Source: Vicinamibacterales bacterium
GTDB lineage: Bacteria > Acidobacteriota > Vicinamibacteria > Vicinamibacterales > UBA8438
DNA length: 64,000 nucleotides
NCBI GenBank assembly: GCA_965262985.1
Contig: OZ253576.1
Span: 3,209,213-3,273,212 of the forward strand
Direction of reading: 5' to 3'
Shown here: one piece after another, positions 9,538-18,768 of the stretch
How the letters are laid out: each line of letters starts with the position of its first letter
How positions within the stretch are numbered: position 1 is the first letter of the stretch
Program-made: the position numbers and the translations under genes
Notes under the pieces: generated by a model
What the model was told of the DNA's origin: nothing
The model's database searches: none
Seen by the model: the letters and a program-made list of their open reading frames with translations, nothing else

Positions 9538-10365
9538 TCATTGACGACGACGGGGTGGGTTGTCCCCATCTGGCGAGTCGTTGCGGCGCGGACGTCGTCG
9601 TTTGCGCTGCTGCTGGGTGAGTTCGGCCTCGCGCCGGCGATAGCTCCGACCTTCGACGAGGAGGATCTCGACGTGGTGAGTCAGGCGGTCGATCAGGGCG
9701 ACGGCGCAGGAGGCGTTGGGGAAGACGGTGTCCCAGTGCTTGAACGGCAGGTTGGTTGTGATGAGCAGGGAGCGGTGCTCGTAACGACGGCTGACGAGTT
9801 GGAAGAGCAGGTCGGCGGCCCGTGCGTCGTAGGCGAGATAGCCTACCTCATCGACCACGAGTAGTGATGGCCGCGTGTAGTGTCGGAGGCGTCGTTCGAG
9901 GGCTCGGGCCGTCTCCTGTCCGTTGAGGTTGAGCAGGAGGTCGGCGGCGGTGGTGAAGAGGGCGGAGTGTCCGGCGAGGATGGCCTGGTGGGCGATGTTC
10001 TTGGCGAGCATGGTTTTGCCGAGGCCCTGGGCCCCGACCAGGATGACGTTCTCGCCGCGGGCGAGGAAGTCGAGGGTGAGGATGCGTTCGAGGACGGGGC
10101 GGTCGAGGGCGGTCGGCCAGTTCCAGTCCCAGTCGGCGAGGGGCTTGAAGCGTCCCAATCGGGCGCAGGTGAGTCGGCGCTCGACGCTGCGGCGCTGTCG
10201 GTCTTCGAGCTCGGCGGCGACGAGGTGTTCGAGCAGCACGGTCGTGCTCCAGCGTTTGCGGGTGGCTGTGGCGACGAGGTCGTTGAGGTCGTCGGCGGTG
10301 CGATGGCATCCGAGTCGGCGGAGGTCAGTCGCCAGCGTCGTCGGGGGTGTGTCGTCCGAGGGCAT
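9538..10365 (-). CDS. istB: IS21-family helper ATPase IstB
   Basis: Walker A LVGAQGLGKTMLA and Walker B LLVVDEVGY. The internal ATG at 10365 overlaps the istA end. Confidence 0.85.
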   Translation of the reverse strand: MPSDDTPPTTLATDLRRLGCHRTADDLNDLVATATRKRWSTTVLLEHLVAAELEDRQRRSVERRLTCARLGRFKPLADWDWNWPTALDRPVLERILTLDFLARGENVILVGAQGLGKTMLAKNIAHQAILAGHSALFTTAADLLLNLNGQETARALERRLRHYTRPSLLVVDEVGYLAYDARAADLLFQLVSRRYEHRSLLITTNLPFKHWDTVFPNASCAVALIDRLTHHVEILLVEGRSYRRREAELTQQQRKRRRPRRNDSPDGDNPPRRRQ

Positions 10366-11827
10366 CGTAGGTCTCCAGGTCGTGGGGCCGGACGTCGAGG
10401 TCTCGCAGTCCCGGGCGGTCGGGCAAGGTAAGCCGGAGCGGGGGTTTGAGTCCGCGCTGTCGCCGGCGCGTTTCGAGGATGTGGGTGATGGAGCCGGCGC
10501 CGAGGGCGTCTCGTTGGAGGGCGTGGTCGACGGCGGCGGCGAGTTCCTGCGGCCCGTAGTCGTCGAGCAGCGCGAGCAGCCTGGTGCCATGCGGTCGCAG
10601 CGCCTCCCCGCGTTCTGCGAGCCGTTCGAAGAGGGTGGCGGTGGCGGGGACGGCGGCGCGGAGCCGGTCGCGGGTGGTGTGGACGTTGGCCTGGCGGGTG
10701 GCGGCGAGCAACCCTTCCAGATGCGCGGGGTCCTCGACGGTCTGTCCGGTGTCGTAGGTGCGGCGATGGCGGGCGAGCTCGGTCTGCTGGTCGAGGATGC
10801 GGACGCGGGTGTCGCTGGCGAGCAGGGTCAGGGGCTTGCGGACGTGGGTGTGGGGGATGGAGTAGAGATTGCGGTCGAAGCGGACGTAGGGGGTCTTGCC
10901 GGAGCGGACGACGCGCACGAGGTCGGTCTCGAAGGGATGGGCGGGGAGCGGCAGGAGGCGGGGCTGCTCGTCGGCCCAGACGTCGGCGACGGTGCGGTCG
11001 GGCATCTCGGGGTGGCGTCGTTGGTGGGCGACCTCGTCGCGCCAGCGTCGGAACTGGGCGTTGAGGTCGTCGAGGTCGCGGAAGGGCCGGGCGGCGAAGA
11101 AGGCGTGCCGTAGGTATTGGATCTGCCTCTCGATTTTTCCCTTCTCATTTCCGCGTCCCGGCGTGCAGGGGCGGGGCGCGAAGTGGTAGTGGCCGGCGAG
11201 CTCGAGCAGGCGGGGGTGAAACTGGACGGCGGTACCGCGGCGGTCGAGCACAGCGCTGCGCAGGTTGTCGTAGACGAGCGTGCGGGCGATGCCGCCCAGG
11301 GCCTCGAAGGCCTCGACGTGTCCGCGGAGGAAACTCTCAAGGGTCTGGTCGAGGGTGAAGAGGGCGGCGATGGCGCGCGAGTAGCCGAGGACCATGACGA
11401 ATCCGGAGACGGCGCGTGTGCCGTGTCCGATGCGAACCTTGCCGAAGGAGCCCCAGTCCACTTGACCTTGCTCGCCCACCAGGGTGACGACGCGGCGGTA
11501 GACGGTGCGGGTGGACTCGGGCCGCAGGCGCCGCACGAGGCGGCGGACCTGGATGACCGAGCCCGGGTAGCCGCGCTGGCGGACCATCTCGTGGATGCGG
11601 GTGGCGCGCAGCCGGGGGTACTGGGCCAGGGTGTCGCGAATGAACGGCAGGTAGGGGTCGAGGGCGGTCGGCCGACACACGCCGCCCCGGACGCTTCCCG
11701 ACGCGTGCTCGACCGCGGCGCGGACCGTCTCACGGTGGAGGCCGAGTTGAGCGGCGATGGTCCCGAGCTTCCAGTGCTCGCTGTAGTACAGGCGCCGGAT
11801 CTCGGCGCGCTGCGCGGGCGTGATCAT
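10325..11827 (-). CDS. istA: IS21-family DDE transposase IstA
   Basis: 500 aa. N-terminal HTH MITPAQRAEIRRLYYSEHWKLGTIAAQLGLHRETV, followed by a DDE core. Confidence 0.85.
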   Translation of the reverse strand: MITPAQRAEIRRLYYSEHWKLGTIAAQLGLHRETVRAAVEHASGSVRGGVCRPTALDPYLPFIRDTLAQYPRLRATRIHEMVRQRGYPGSVIQVRRLVRRLRPESTRTVYRRVVTLVGEQGQVDWGSFGKVRIGHGTRAVSGFVMVLGYSRAIAALFTLDQTLESFLRGHVEAFEALGGIARTLVYDNLRSAVLDRRGTAVQFHPRLLELAGHYHFAPRPCTPGRGNEKGKIERQIQYLRHAFFAARPFRDLDDLNAQFRRWRDEVAHQRRHPEMPDRTVADVWADEQPRLLPLPAHPFETDLVRVVRSGKTPYVRFDRNLYSIPHTHVRKPLTLLASDTRVRILDQQTELARHRRTYDTGQTVEDPAHLEGLLAATRQANVHTTRDRLRAAVPATATLFERLAERGEALRPHGTRLLALLDDYGPQELAAAVDHALQRDALGAGSITHILETRRRQRGLKPPLRLTLPDRPGLRDLDVRPHDLETYDALGRHTPDDAGD

Positions 11828-12203
11828 CGTTCCTCCTTCCCCGCACGACGCGAGGCTCCCGCATCGGGGTCAGCCACCGGCTCGATCGGCCGCAGACCAC
11901 GCATCGCGTGGCCGCCGGAACCGGGGCGGCGTCAGGGACGGGGAGTCTGTCCGATGGCGGGGGTGCGGGGGAAGTGTGATCCGTCACGCGCCGCCGGGCG
12001 CGGTAGGCGCGCTGCCGGTCGCGGTGGTCGAGACGTCCTTCCAGACTGCGCTGATGACGAGCGTTGGCGGCTCGAACGCACCGGCGACGACCGGCCGTCC
12101 GGCACGGCGACGTGCAGTAGGCATGGCCGCGGTCACACGCCGCGCAGACGGCGAAAAGACGGCTGCACTGGCGACAGGTTCTCTGGCGGAGGGGCTGGTC
12201 CAC
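11730..12203 (-). CDS. Cys-rich (zinc-finger-like) accessory ORF inside the IS21-like element
   Basis: MDQPLRQRTCRQCSRLFAVCAACDRGHAYCTSPC...RCVVCGR. Lies upstream of istA and overlaps its first 98 nt. Whether it is coding is uncertain. Confidence 0.35.
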   Translation of the reverse strand: MDQPLRQRTCRQCSRLFAVCAACDRGHAYCTSPCRTAGRRRCVRAANARHQRSLEGRLDHRDRQRAYRARRRVTDHTSPAPPPSDRLPVPDAAPVPAATRCVVCGRSSRWLTPMREPRVVRGRRNDDHARAARRDPAPVLQRALEARDHRRSTRPPP

Positions 12204-12586
12204 GGCGTCGGAGCGCGCAGGGCGATCTCCGACTGGACAACGAGCCTGAACCGTGGCACAACAGCAGGGACCGGCTCGGTCTGTCGGAGCTCGGGGCGGT
12301 CACGAGGGTCCGGTGGGCAAACCGGGCCCTCACCCCACGTCTGAGTCCGCTCCCTACGCTACCCGAACGCCGTGCCCACCGCCAGCGCCGGGGCCGTGGA
12401 CGCCGCCGCTCCCATGGACGCACAGAGCGCGCCCACCGGAGCTTGGAAAACCGCGTGGGCGCGGTTTCCCACAGCGCCCACCGCCATCATCTTCATCTTC
12501 CTCAAGATCCACACGAAAAGACCGGTGCCCGAGCCGAGCGCACCGACGAGTGTCGAGAATTTGTCACTATCTCGCGATCGTTGACA

Positions 12587-13264
12587 CACCTTAATGGGTC
12601 TCTGGCGACCAAGAAAAAAAGTTGTCAACTGACCCTTGATGTGCCGCTCCAGCTCATCTTCAGCTCGTTCGACTAGTGTCAGCTTGACCCAGAGCCTCGC
12701 CGTGTGGGCACTTGGGGTCTTCAAATTCTCTTCATAGGCGATTGTAAGAGCAGAGTTTACCTCGTCGCGTGTCAAATCGGTGTCGACGACGTTAATCGGT
12801 TTGCGAATGTGGTCGTCTGGCGAAGCAACGCCAGAGGGATATATCGTAGCAACACTACTCTTGGGGTCCCAAATAACCGTAGGCCGTTCATGCAGCGACA
12901 TTTCCTCCAATTCCTCCATTATCCGATTGGGCGAAGCCTGGCTGCACAACCGGCTCATGCCATTGTTGACATCTTGATTGGTTGCCACGATGTAACCGGA
13001 CAATTCCCCATAACCGTCTTGCATATGGGCAATACGAGAGAATCCCAGTTCGATCGTGTCGGGTCGGGGCGCTTCGCTGTAGACGAAAGCGCACATGGAG
13101 GAGAGGTCCGACCGGCGGGTCGCCGCCCTGATGCTGTTGATCACAAACCTCTCAGGAGGGTCAAATTCGTCAGGGACGGTATCGAGATCCTGTGAAGCGA
13201 CGAGCGCGATAATATCGTTGCGAAACGGGCTAGGTTGAGACTGGATCGGGGAGGCGTCAGCCAT
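12587..13264 (-). pseudogene. 5' part of the split effector nuclease (unknown N-terminal domain)
   Basis: 226 codons ending ..FFLGRQRPIKV exactly at the IS end. The remaining 76 codons of track ORF 12359-13264 are read-through into IS DNA. Confidence 0.75.
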
Positions 13265-13934
13265 TTGCCGCCCTTTTCAGATACTTAACGTAAAGATGTA
13301 CTTTCGCTGTGGGCGACAATCGTGCTTCCCCGTCGCCGAATGCGTGTACCGCAAGCTCCTCGATGCTGTCGGCACCCAAAGTGGAATAGTTCTGCGCTCG
13401 CCATTCCGCGTAATCAATTACCGCCCCGACATGGCCGGAATCCCATGTGACATCCAGCTTGGTGACGGCGTCCAGTTCGGTGTCCTGAATATTGCTCAGG
13501 GCCCCCGCCAATTCTCTAAAATAGTCTCGAAGGACGGACAACTCGTCCTGAGAGTAAACGACGTCGAGTACCGGTGAAGAACGGGCTCGTTGAAGGGTCA
13601 GAGAATAAGTGACGTAGGCTTGGGACTCTTCGACAACCGGAGCCAGATCATGAGGAGTAACCAGGTCAAGGCCGATCAGGCGGTCGATTTCCCACTGCAG
13701 ATCGGGGAAATACGGGAAAGATCGCCGCTTCAAGATCTTTCCGGACATGGGAACGAGACGGAATATGGGACTGAGTACATCCGCCAAAAAAGCAAGCGTA
13801 TGAAAGCGCTGCACGGAGATCGGGGCGAGTACCGCATAGTCGACAGCATCCAGGAGCATCAAGACGCGAACGCGGCGGCGCACTTGCATACCCTGCGATC
13901 CTAGCCATTCGGCCAAATCCGCATCGACAGTCAC
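13257..13934 (-). CDS. 'middle component'-like protein of the ABC ATPase system
   Basis: 225 aa, no recognisable motif. Its GTG start overlaps the ATPase stop (GTGA). Its stop overlaps the effector start (ATGGCTGA). Confidence 0.6.
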   Translation of the reverse strand: MTVDADLAEWLGSQGMQVRRRVRVLMLLDAVDYAVLAPISVQRFHTLAFLADVLSPIFRLVPMSGKILKRRSFPYFPDLQWEIDRLIGLDLVTPHDLAPVVEESQAYVTYSLTLQRARSSPVLDVVYSQDELSVLRDYFRELAGALSNIQDTELDAVTKLDVTWDSGHVGAVIDYAEWRAQNYSTLGADSIEELAVHAFGDGEARLSPTAKVHLYVKYLKRAANG

Positions 13935-15721
13935 AAGCCCGGTTCCTCTTCTCCGTGTGGCGGAAACAAGGCGCGATTCAGGAGATGGTCATAGCGATCA
14001 CCGATAATTTGAACTGCACTTGTTGGAGCCGCGATCTTCAGCAAGTCAATGACCCGGCTCCACCGCTGGTCCCGGGGAATGGCGAGCGGGTTGGGATCGC
14101 CAACTTCCGCGTTGTACGCCCCAAATAGCGCAGGGATCATATCGGCGTTGGTCAGATTCGAGGTCACAATCAGGCGGTTGTCGACATGATGTTCTGAGAA
14201 GCGCGCAAGGAAAGCGCCTGCGCGACGCATGAACAACGCATCGAGGCTTGCCTCCGGTGCGTCGAAAATAAGTGTCGCCGGGCCGTTGGCGACTGCGACT
14301 TCGACCAGTGCCAAGCGAAACGCGAGGTCAATGAACTCGCCTTGGGACATCGAGACCTCAGAGCGATCCAGCCGCGGGGAAGGATTGTCGAAGGTTCCGG
14401 ATGTCATGCTCAGTCTGAAGGCAGGCCATTCATAGCTCTTGCCGCTTTCTCCGATTGGGGCGCGAGTAGTGGTGAACGAGATTTCGGCGCGTTCCAGAAG
14501 GAATTCAGAGATTCGCTCAGAAAAGCGCTCTCGGATTTGGTCGGCGAGATCGTTGATTGTCTCCTGATACTCAAGAAATATTGAAGAAAACGCCCTTTCT
14601 GCGTCATCCTGTTCGGACTTCAGTTCTGCAAGTGTTTGATCTTGGCTGGCAACACGCTCTTCCAAAGAGCGAAGCTCGGGCGGGGTTGGAGGCAGTGAGC
14701 CGGCTATTTGCCGGACACGGGTTTCGTTGGTGCGACGTTCAATCAGGAGTTGGTCGATTTGTGCCTGAACCATGTCGTAGGCGGATTGCTTGGCTTCGAA
14801 TTCCTTCTGCGCGGTTTCCAAAGCCTGGCGAGCGCTGTTCAGCCGACCTTCCACTCGCGAGATACGTGCCGCGTCGATGGCTGCTGCGGGAATTATGGCT
14901 TCCTGATATTTCGGGGAGGCACCGCAGACAACGCAGTCTCCATCGGTTACGGCGGCAACCCACCGAGCAATCAATGGACCATCATCGGCACCGCAGACCA
15001 AGCAGGATTTGTCTCCGAGTAGACGATCGACGACATATCGGCCAGCGTCGGGCGCCGACGGGAAAGTATTGGCAACGCGCGTTAGTTTCAGCGCCTCCAA
15101 TTCACGTAAGTAGTCGTCGACATTGAATTTCGCGACCTCCAGAGTGGTGCGGAATTCGGTTCTGGCGTCGTCGGCTTGACCGCGCAGTTCATATAGTTCG
15201 CTAAGGCGTTCGGCCTGTGCGGCGATCGCCTCCTGCAAGGTATGGTATTCGGCGCTAAGGGAATCGGCGGCTTTTGACGCCACGCTTGCCCGCTTCAGTT
15301 TCCTCTTGTTACGGTTGGCGATGTACAAGAGGTTACGGTAGGCACTGTTGCAAGTAGCAACCTTTTGCGCACGATTAGCCAGTGCCTTGGCCTTTTCGGG
15401 CGACATGAACAGGGCGCGCAGAACGTTACGTTGCGCTAAAGGGGTCCATATAAGGAGGCTCCGTTCTTCAAACATGAAGACAATGAGATTTAGCAAGATA
15501 AGCACATCCGCGAAACTGCTTACGCGCATGGCAGAGGTGACCGCGGATTTGTAGCTGTCTTCGTCGACGGGTTGAGTAGAGTCATTCAATGACCACTCGA
15601 TGATCGACAAGTCATGAAGTGACCTGCAGACTGTAAATTCGTCTGAGCCAAGTGCAAATCGTAATTTCAAACGAGCAGCCCGGGCGCCGTCAGCCACACG
15701 TTTGCGAAATCGATCCGTTAG
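13931..15721 (-). pseudogene. 3' part of the split SMC-like ABC ATPase
   Basis: Long coiled coil interrupted by CLVCG-x21-CVVCG. C-terminal ABC signature VSMSQGE, Walker B ATLIFDAPEASLD. The first 13 codons of track ORF 13931-15760 are IS-derived. Confidence 0.8.
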
Positions 15722-17186
15722 CAGCCCGTGGTGAAAGTCCCCCATTCCAGGGATCGACATGATCGGTCCTGTGTCCTACACTGTCGTGCATGGCGATGGG
15801 GACAAGCCGCGGTCGAACGCGGCAAGCGACGATGTGGGTGCCCACGGCGGATCTGCCGAAGAGCGCGGGGCACCCGTTTTACGAGCGGCTGAATCGGGTG
15901 CTCGACGAGGCGGGGTTCGATGCGTTCGTGGAAGCGCAGTGCGCATCGTTCTACGCGGACGGGGTCGGTCGGCCGAGTCTGGCGCCGGGCCGGTATTTCC
16001 GGCTGCTGTTGCTCGGCTACTTCGAAGGGCTGGATTCGGAACGGGCAATCGCGTGGCGCGCCGCCGACTCTCTGAGCATTCGCACGTTTCTGGACTTCGC
16101 CCTCCACGAGGCCCCGCCGGACCACTCGACGCTGTCGCGCACCCGTCGCCTGATTGACCTCGAGACCCACCAGGCGGTGTTTACCTGGGTGTTGCAGCGA
16201 CTGGCCGACGCCTCGCTGGTGGTGGGGCGCACGGTGGGGATCGATGCCACGACGCTGGAAGCCAATGCGGCGATGCGGAGCATCGTGCGACGGGACACGG
16301 GCGAGAGCTACGACGCATTTCTGACCCGGCTGGCCGAGGCGTCCGGCCTCTCGACGCCGACGCGCGCCGAGTTGGCCCGGTTCGACCGGACCCGCAAGAA
16401 GAAGGGCTCGAACGCGGACTGGACCCACCCGCACGATCCGGACGCGAAGATCGCCAAGATGAAGGACGGCCGCACGCATCTGGCGCACACCGCCGAGCAT
16501 GCGGTCGACCTGGAAACAGGCGCCATCGTGGGCGTGACGGTGCAGGACGCGAGTGCGGGCGACACGACGACCCTGGTCGACACGCTCGTCACGGCTGCCG
16601 AGCAGGTCGAGGCGGTCGGCGCGCCGGGGATCGCGGAGGTCGTGGCCGACAAGGGGTATCACAGTAACGAGACGATGGTCGGGTTTGCGGCCATCGGCGT
16701 CCGCAGCTACGTCTCGGAGCCGGACCGCGGCCGACGGCACTGGAAGGGCCAGGCGGCCGCGCGGGACGCGGTGTATGCCAACCGCCGGCGGATCCGAGGC
16801 GCACGCGGGAAACGGCTGCTGCGGCAGCGGGGCGAGCTGGTGGAACGGCCCAACGCGCATCTCTACGAGACCGGCCGGATGCGCCGCGTCCATCTGCGCG
16901 GGCATCCCAACATCCTGAAACGGCTGCTCGTGCAGGTCTGCGGCGTCAATCTCGGGTTGCTCATGCGGCACCTGACGGGCGTCGGCACGCCGCGGAGCCT
17001 CCAGGGCCGCGCGGCGGCGCGTCTGGGCGCGCTGATCGGCCTCCTGAGCGGCTGCTGGGGGCGTGTGCGGCGCTTCTGGGCCCCGGAGCGCCATGATCGG
17101 CCCGATTCGTCGTGGGATGGTCCGGCGACACGCCAATACGGACACGCGATTCTCGATTGACAATCAGCCCCTTCTGCCACGGGCTG
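15722..17186 (+). mobile_element. IS5/IS1182-family insertion sequence, 1465 bp
   Basis: Terminal inverted repeats CAGCCCGTGG / CCACGGGCTG. 4-bp TSD TTAG at 15718-15721 and 17187-17190. Confidence 0.85.
15790..17160 (+). CDS. IS5/IS1182-family DDE transposase
   Basis: 456 aa. N-terminal InsH-type block GRPSLAPGRYFRLLLLGYFEGLDSERAIAWRAADSLSIRTFL, then a DDE domain. Confidence 0.85.
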   Translation: MAMGTSRGRTRQATMWVPTADLPKSAGHPFYERLNRVLDEAGFDAFVEAQCASFYADGVGRPSLAPGRYFRLLLLGYFEGLDSERAIAWRAADSLSIRTFLDFALHEAPPDHSTLSRTRRLIDLETHQAVFTWVLQRLADASLVVGRTVGIDATTLEANAAMRSIVRRDTGESYDAFLTRLAEASGLSTPTRAELARFDRTRKKKGSNADWTHPHDPDAKIAKMKDGRTHLAHTAEHAVDLETGAIVGVTVQDASAGDTTTLVDTLVTAAEQVEAVGAPGIAEVVADKGYHSNETMVGFAAIGVRSYVSEPDRGRRHWKGQAAARDAVYANRRRIRGARGKRLLRQRGELVERPNAHLYETGRMRRVHLRGHPNILKRLLVQVCGVNLGLLMRHLTGVGTPRSLQGRAAARLGALIGLLSGCWGRVRRFWAPERHDRPDSSWDGPATRQYGHAILD

Positions 17187-17430
17187 TTAGGCGGTGAGGC
17201 ACAACATCCGGTCGGGGAACCCCATATTCATCATTTCTAATCGAAGCGGGTCCTACCACGCCATGATAGAGAGCCAATAGTAATGTGGATTTACCAAGCC
17301 CATTGACCCCGGCAACTAAATGCAATCCCGGACTAAAGGTGTGGGATAGCCCTGGACTATGTTCGTCACCGGGGAACATTTGGTAGTCATCGATAGCAAC
17401 CTGGCGGTAAATGGGCAGACAGATCGTCAT
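17187..17430 (-). pseudogene. 5' part of the split SMC-like ABC ATPase
   Basis: MTICLPIYRQVAIDDYQMFPG...GLHLVAGVNGLGKSTLLLAL (Walker A). Joins in frame to 15717 downward after IS removal. Confidence 0.8.
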
Positions 17431-17837
17431 TGTGTGTAGTGTCCGGTCGGGTATGGCTTGGCCATGGTAAGTTGCGACAATGGAGATTGGCAACGGGAAT
17501 GGGCGGGATGGATTTCTACATTTTGCCTGTCGAAGAGAAGGTCATACTTCGTGCAATGGAGTATCAGGTCCGTGGAGGTGTGTATGCGCCGGCGCCCACT
17601 TGGCTGGATAGCCTGGATTCGGGTCGGCAAGGAAGCGATGGCCGACAATGGGCATTGGGCCAAGACTGAGGCCAGGGAGCGTGAGCTGAATGGTTCCATG
17701 CATGGCTCGTCGAAGTCCGTGGCCGTAGTGCAACGAGAATTGGCGCCGGCGTCAACCGTGTTCGGAGCGGGACTGGTCCCGGCGGTGGTCAGGGACGGCG
17801 GGCCCAGCAGGTTCCGTTTGCGAAGCCAGATGCCCAT
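17427..17837 (-). CDS. doubtful small ORF upstream of the ATPase
   Basis: Its stop overlaps the ATPase start (ATGA), but the composition is not convincingly protein-like and the start is uncertain. Confidence 0.2.
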   Translation of the reverse strand: MGIWLRKRNLLGPPSLTTAGTSPAPNTVDAGANSRCTTATDFDEPCMEPFSSRSLASVLAQCPLSAIASLPTRIQAIQPSGRRRIHTSTDLILHCTKYDLLFDRQNVEIHPAHSRCQSPLSQLTMAKPYPTGHYTQ

Positions 17838-17993
17838 TCAGGTGCGCGACCGCGCCGGGCACCCGGACGGCCCTCGGCCGCCAGGAGGCTAAGGGGCCGG
17901 TATTGGCGGCGCCGGTATCGGCATCGGCACCAACCGGCACGACCGGGCCGGTGTCGACCGTGAGCTCGGCCACCGGCCCCCAGTTATGGGTCT

Positions 17994-18419
17994 GACGATT
18001 GACGATATTAGAGCACCCCGATCACCAAGACTCCTCATCCCGCGACAGGCGGATTGACCACACCGTCACGCAGATAGCCCCCGTCACGGGAGGATTACCG
18101 CCTGACTGAACACGTCGGGCCTAGAATGACCGCTCGTCAGGCCGAGGTCAAGGCCAGATGCGCGTGATGGAAGCGTACTTCAGGTGTGCTGACGGGGCAG
18201 AGAGGGGAGTCAGGCGGGGTCGTCGACGCAGAACTCGTCGGACGCGTCAGACTGAGGCGCGCCGTCGAGGAGCAGTGCCGGCGGCGCGCGTGCCGGCCGC
18301 GCCTCGGGGACCTCGGTTGGCAGCTCCAGGTGCTGCAACATGCGCCCAATGACGGCGGGATCGTCGATGAGCGCGATGAGCGTGAGCCGCCCGCCACATC
18401 GGGGACAGGCGTGGTGGAA
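17994..18419 (-). mobile_element. IS91-family element remnant, copy C (terminus + transposase C-terminus)
   Basis: 157-bp conserved terminus 17994-18150, near-identical to 31957-32113, followed by the transposase 3' end. Confidence 0.75.
18210..18419 (-). pseudogene. IS91-family (Y2/HUH) transposase, C-terminal 69 aa only
   Basis: [47 protein letters not shown].. Confidence 0.65.
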
Positions 18420-18750
18420 GCGGACGCGGCCCACGCACTGGCTCCTCCCGGGGGCTCGTCCGGCCCGACCGATCAGCCGCAGCGCGGTGGAACAGGAATG
18501 CCAGCACGCGCGCCGGCGGTGCCGGATTCCCAAACCCATTACCCCGCATTCCCTACGGCATGCCTTCGCCGTCCACTTGCTTGAAACCGGCACCGACGTG
18601 CGCACGATTCAGCTCCTGCTCGGGCATCGCGGTCTCGCCACCACGGCGCGCTATCTGCGCATCGCCACGACGACGGTCTGCTCGACCACCAGCCCGCTCG
18701 ACTTGCTCCCACGGCCCCTTCCGCCGGCCGCCCGACTCCCCACGCCGTAG
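18409..18750 (+). pseudogene. tyrosine recombinase, C-terminal fragment
   Basis: [55 protein letters not shown] aligns with residues ~180-289 of the E2 recombinase. Confidence 0.75.
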
Positions 18751-18768
18751 CGCGTCTGAGGGGGCGAG

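Larger units (their letters stand above)
9488..12586 (-). mobile_element. IS21-family insertion sequence (E3), 3099 bp
   Basis: Ends TGTTGGCGATCTCCAGGAACTGA (9488->) and TGTCAACGATCGCGAGATAGTGACAA (12586<-) are imperfect inverted repeats (~20 of 33). Direct repeats CACCT lie at 9483-9487 and 12587-12591. Carries istA and istB. GC jumps from ~50% to ~68% at both ends. Confidence 0.85.

Noticed and set aside
9518-12263. Alternative IS21 ends: TGCACCGCTGTCGACCGGGTTCA (9518-9540) versus TGAACCGTGGCACAACAGCA (12244-12263)
   Set aside because: The similarity is weaker. No flanking duplication is present, and excision at these points does not repair the host ORF. The 9488/12586 ends give a TSD and an in-frame repair. 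These sequences may be subterminal transposase-binding repeats.
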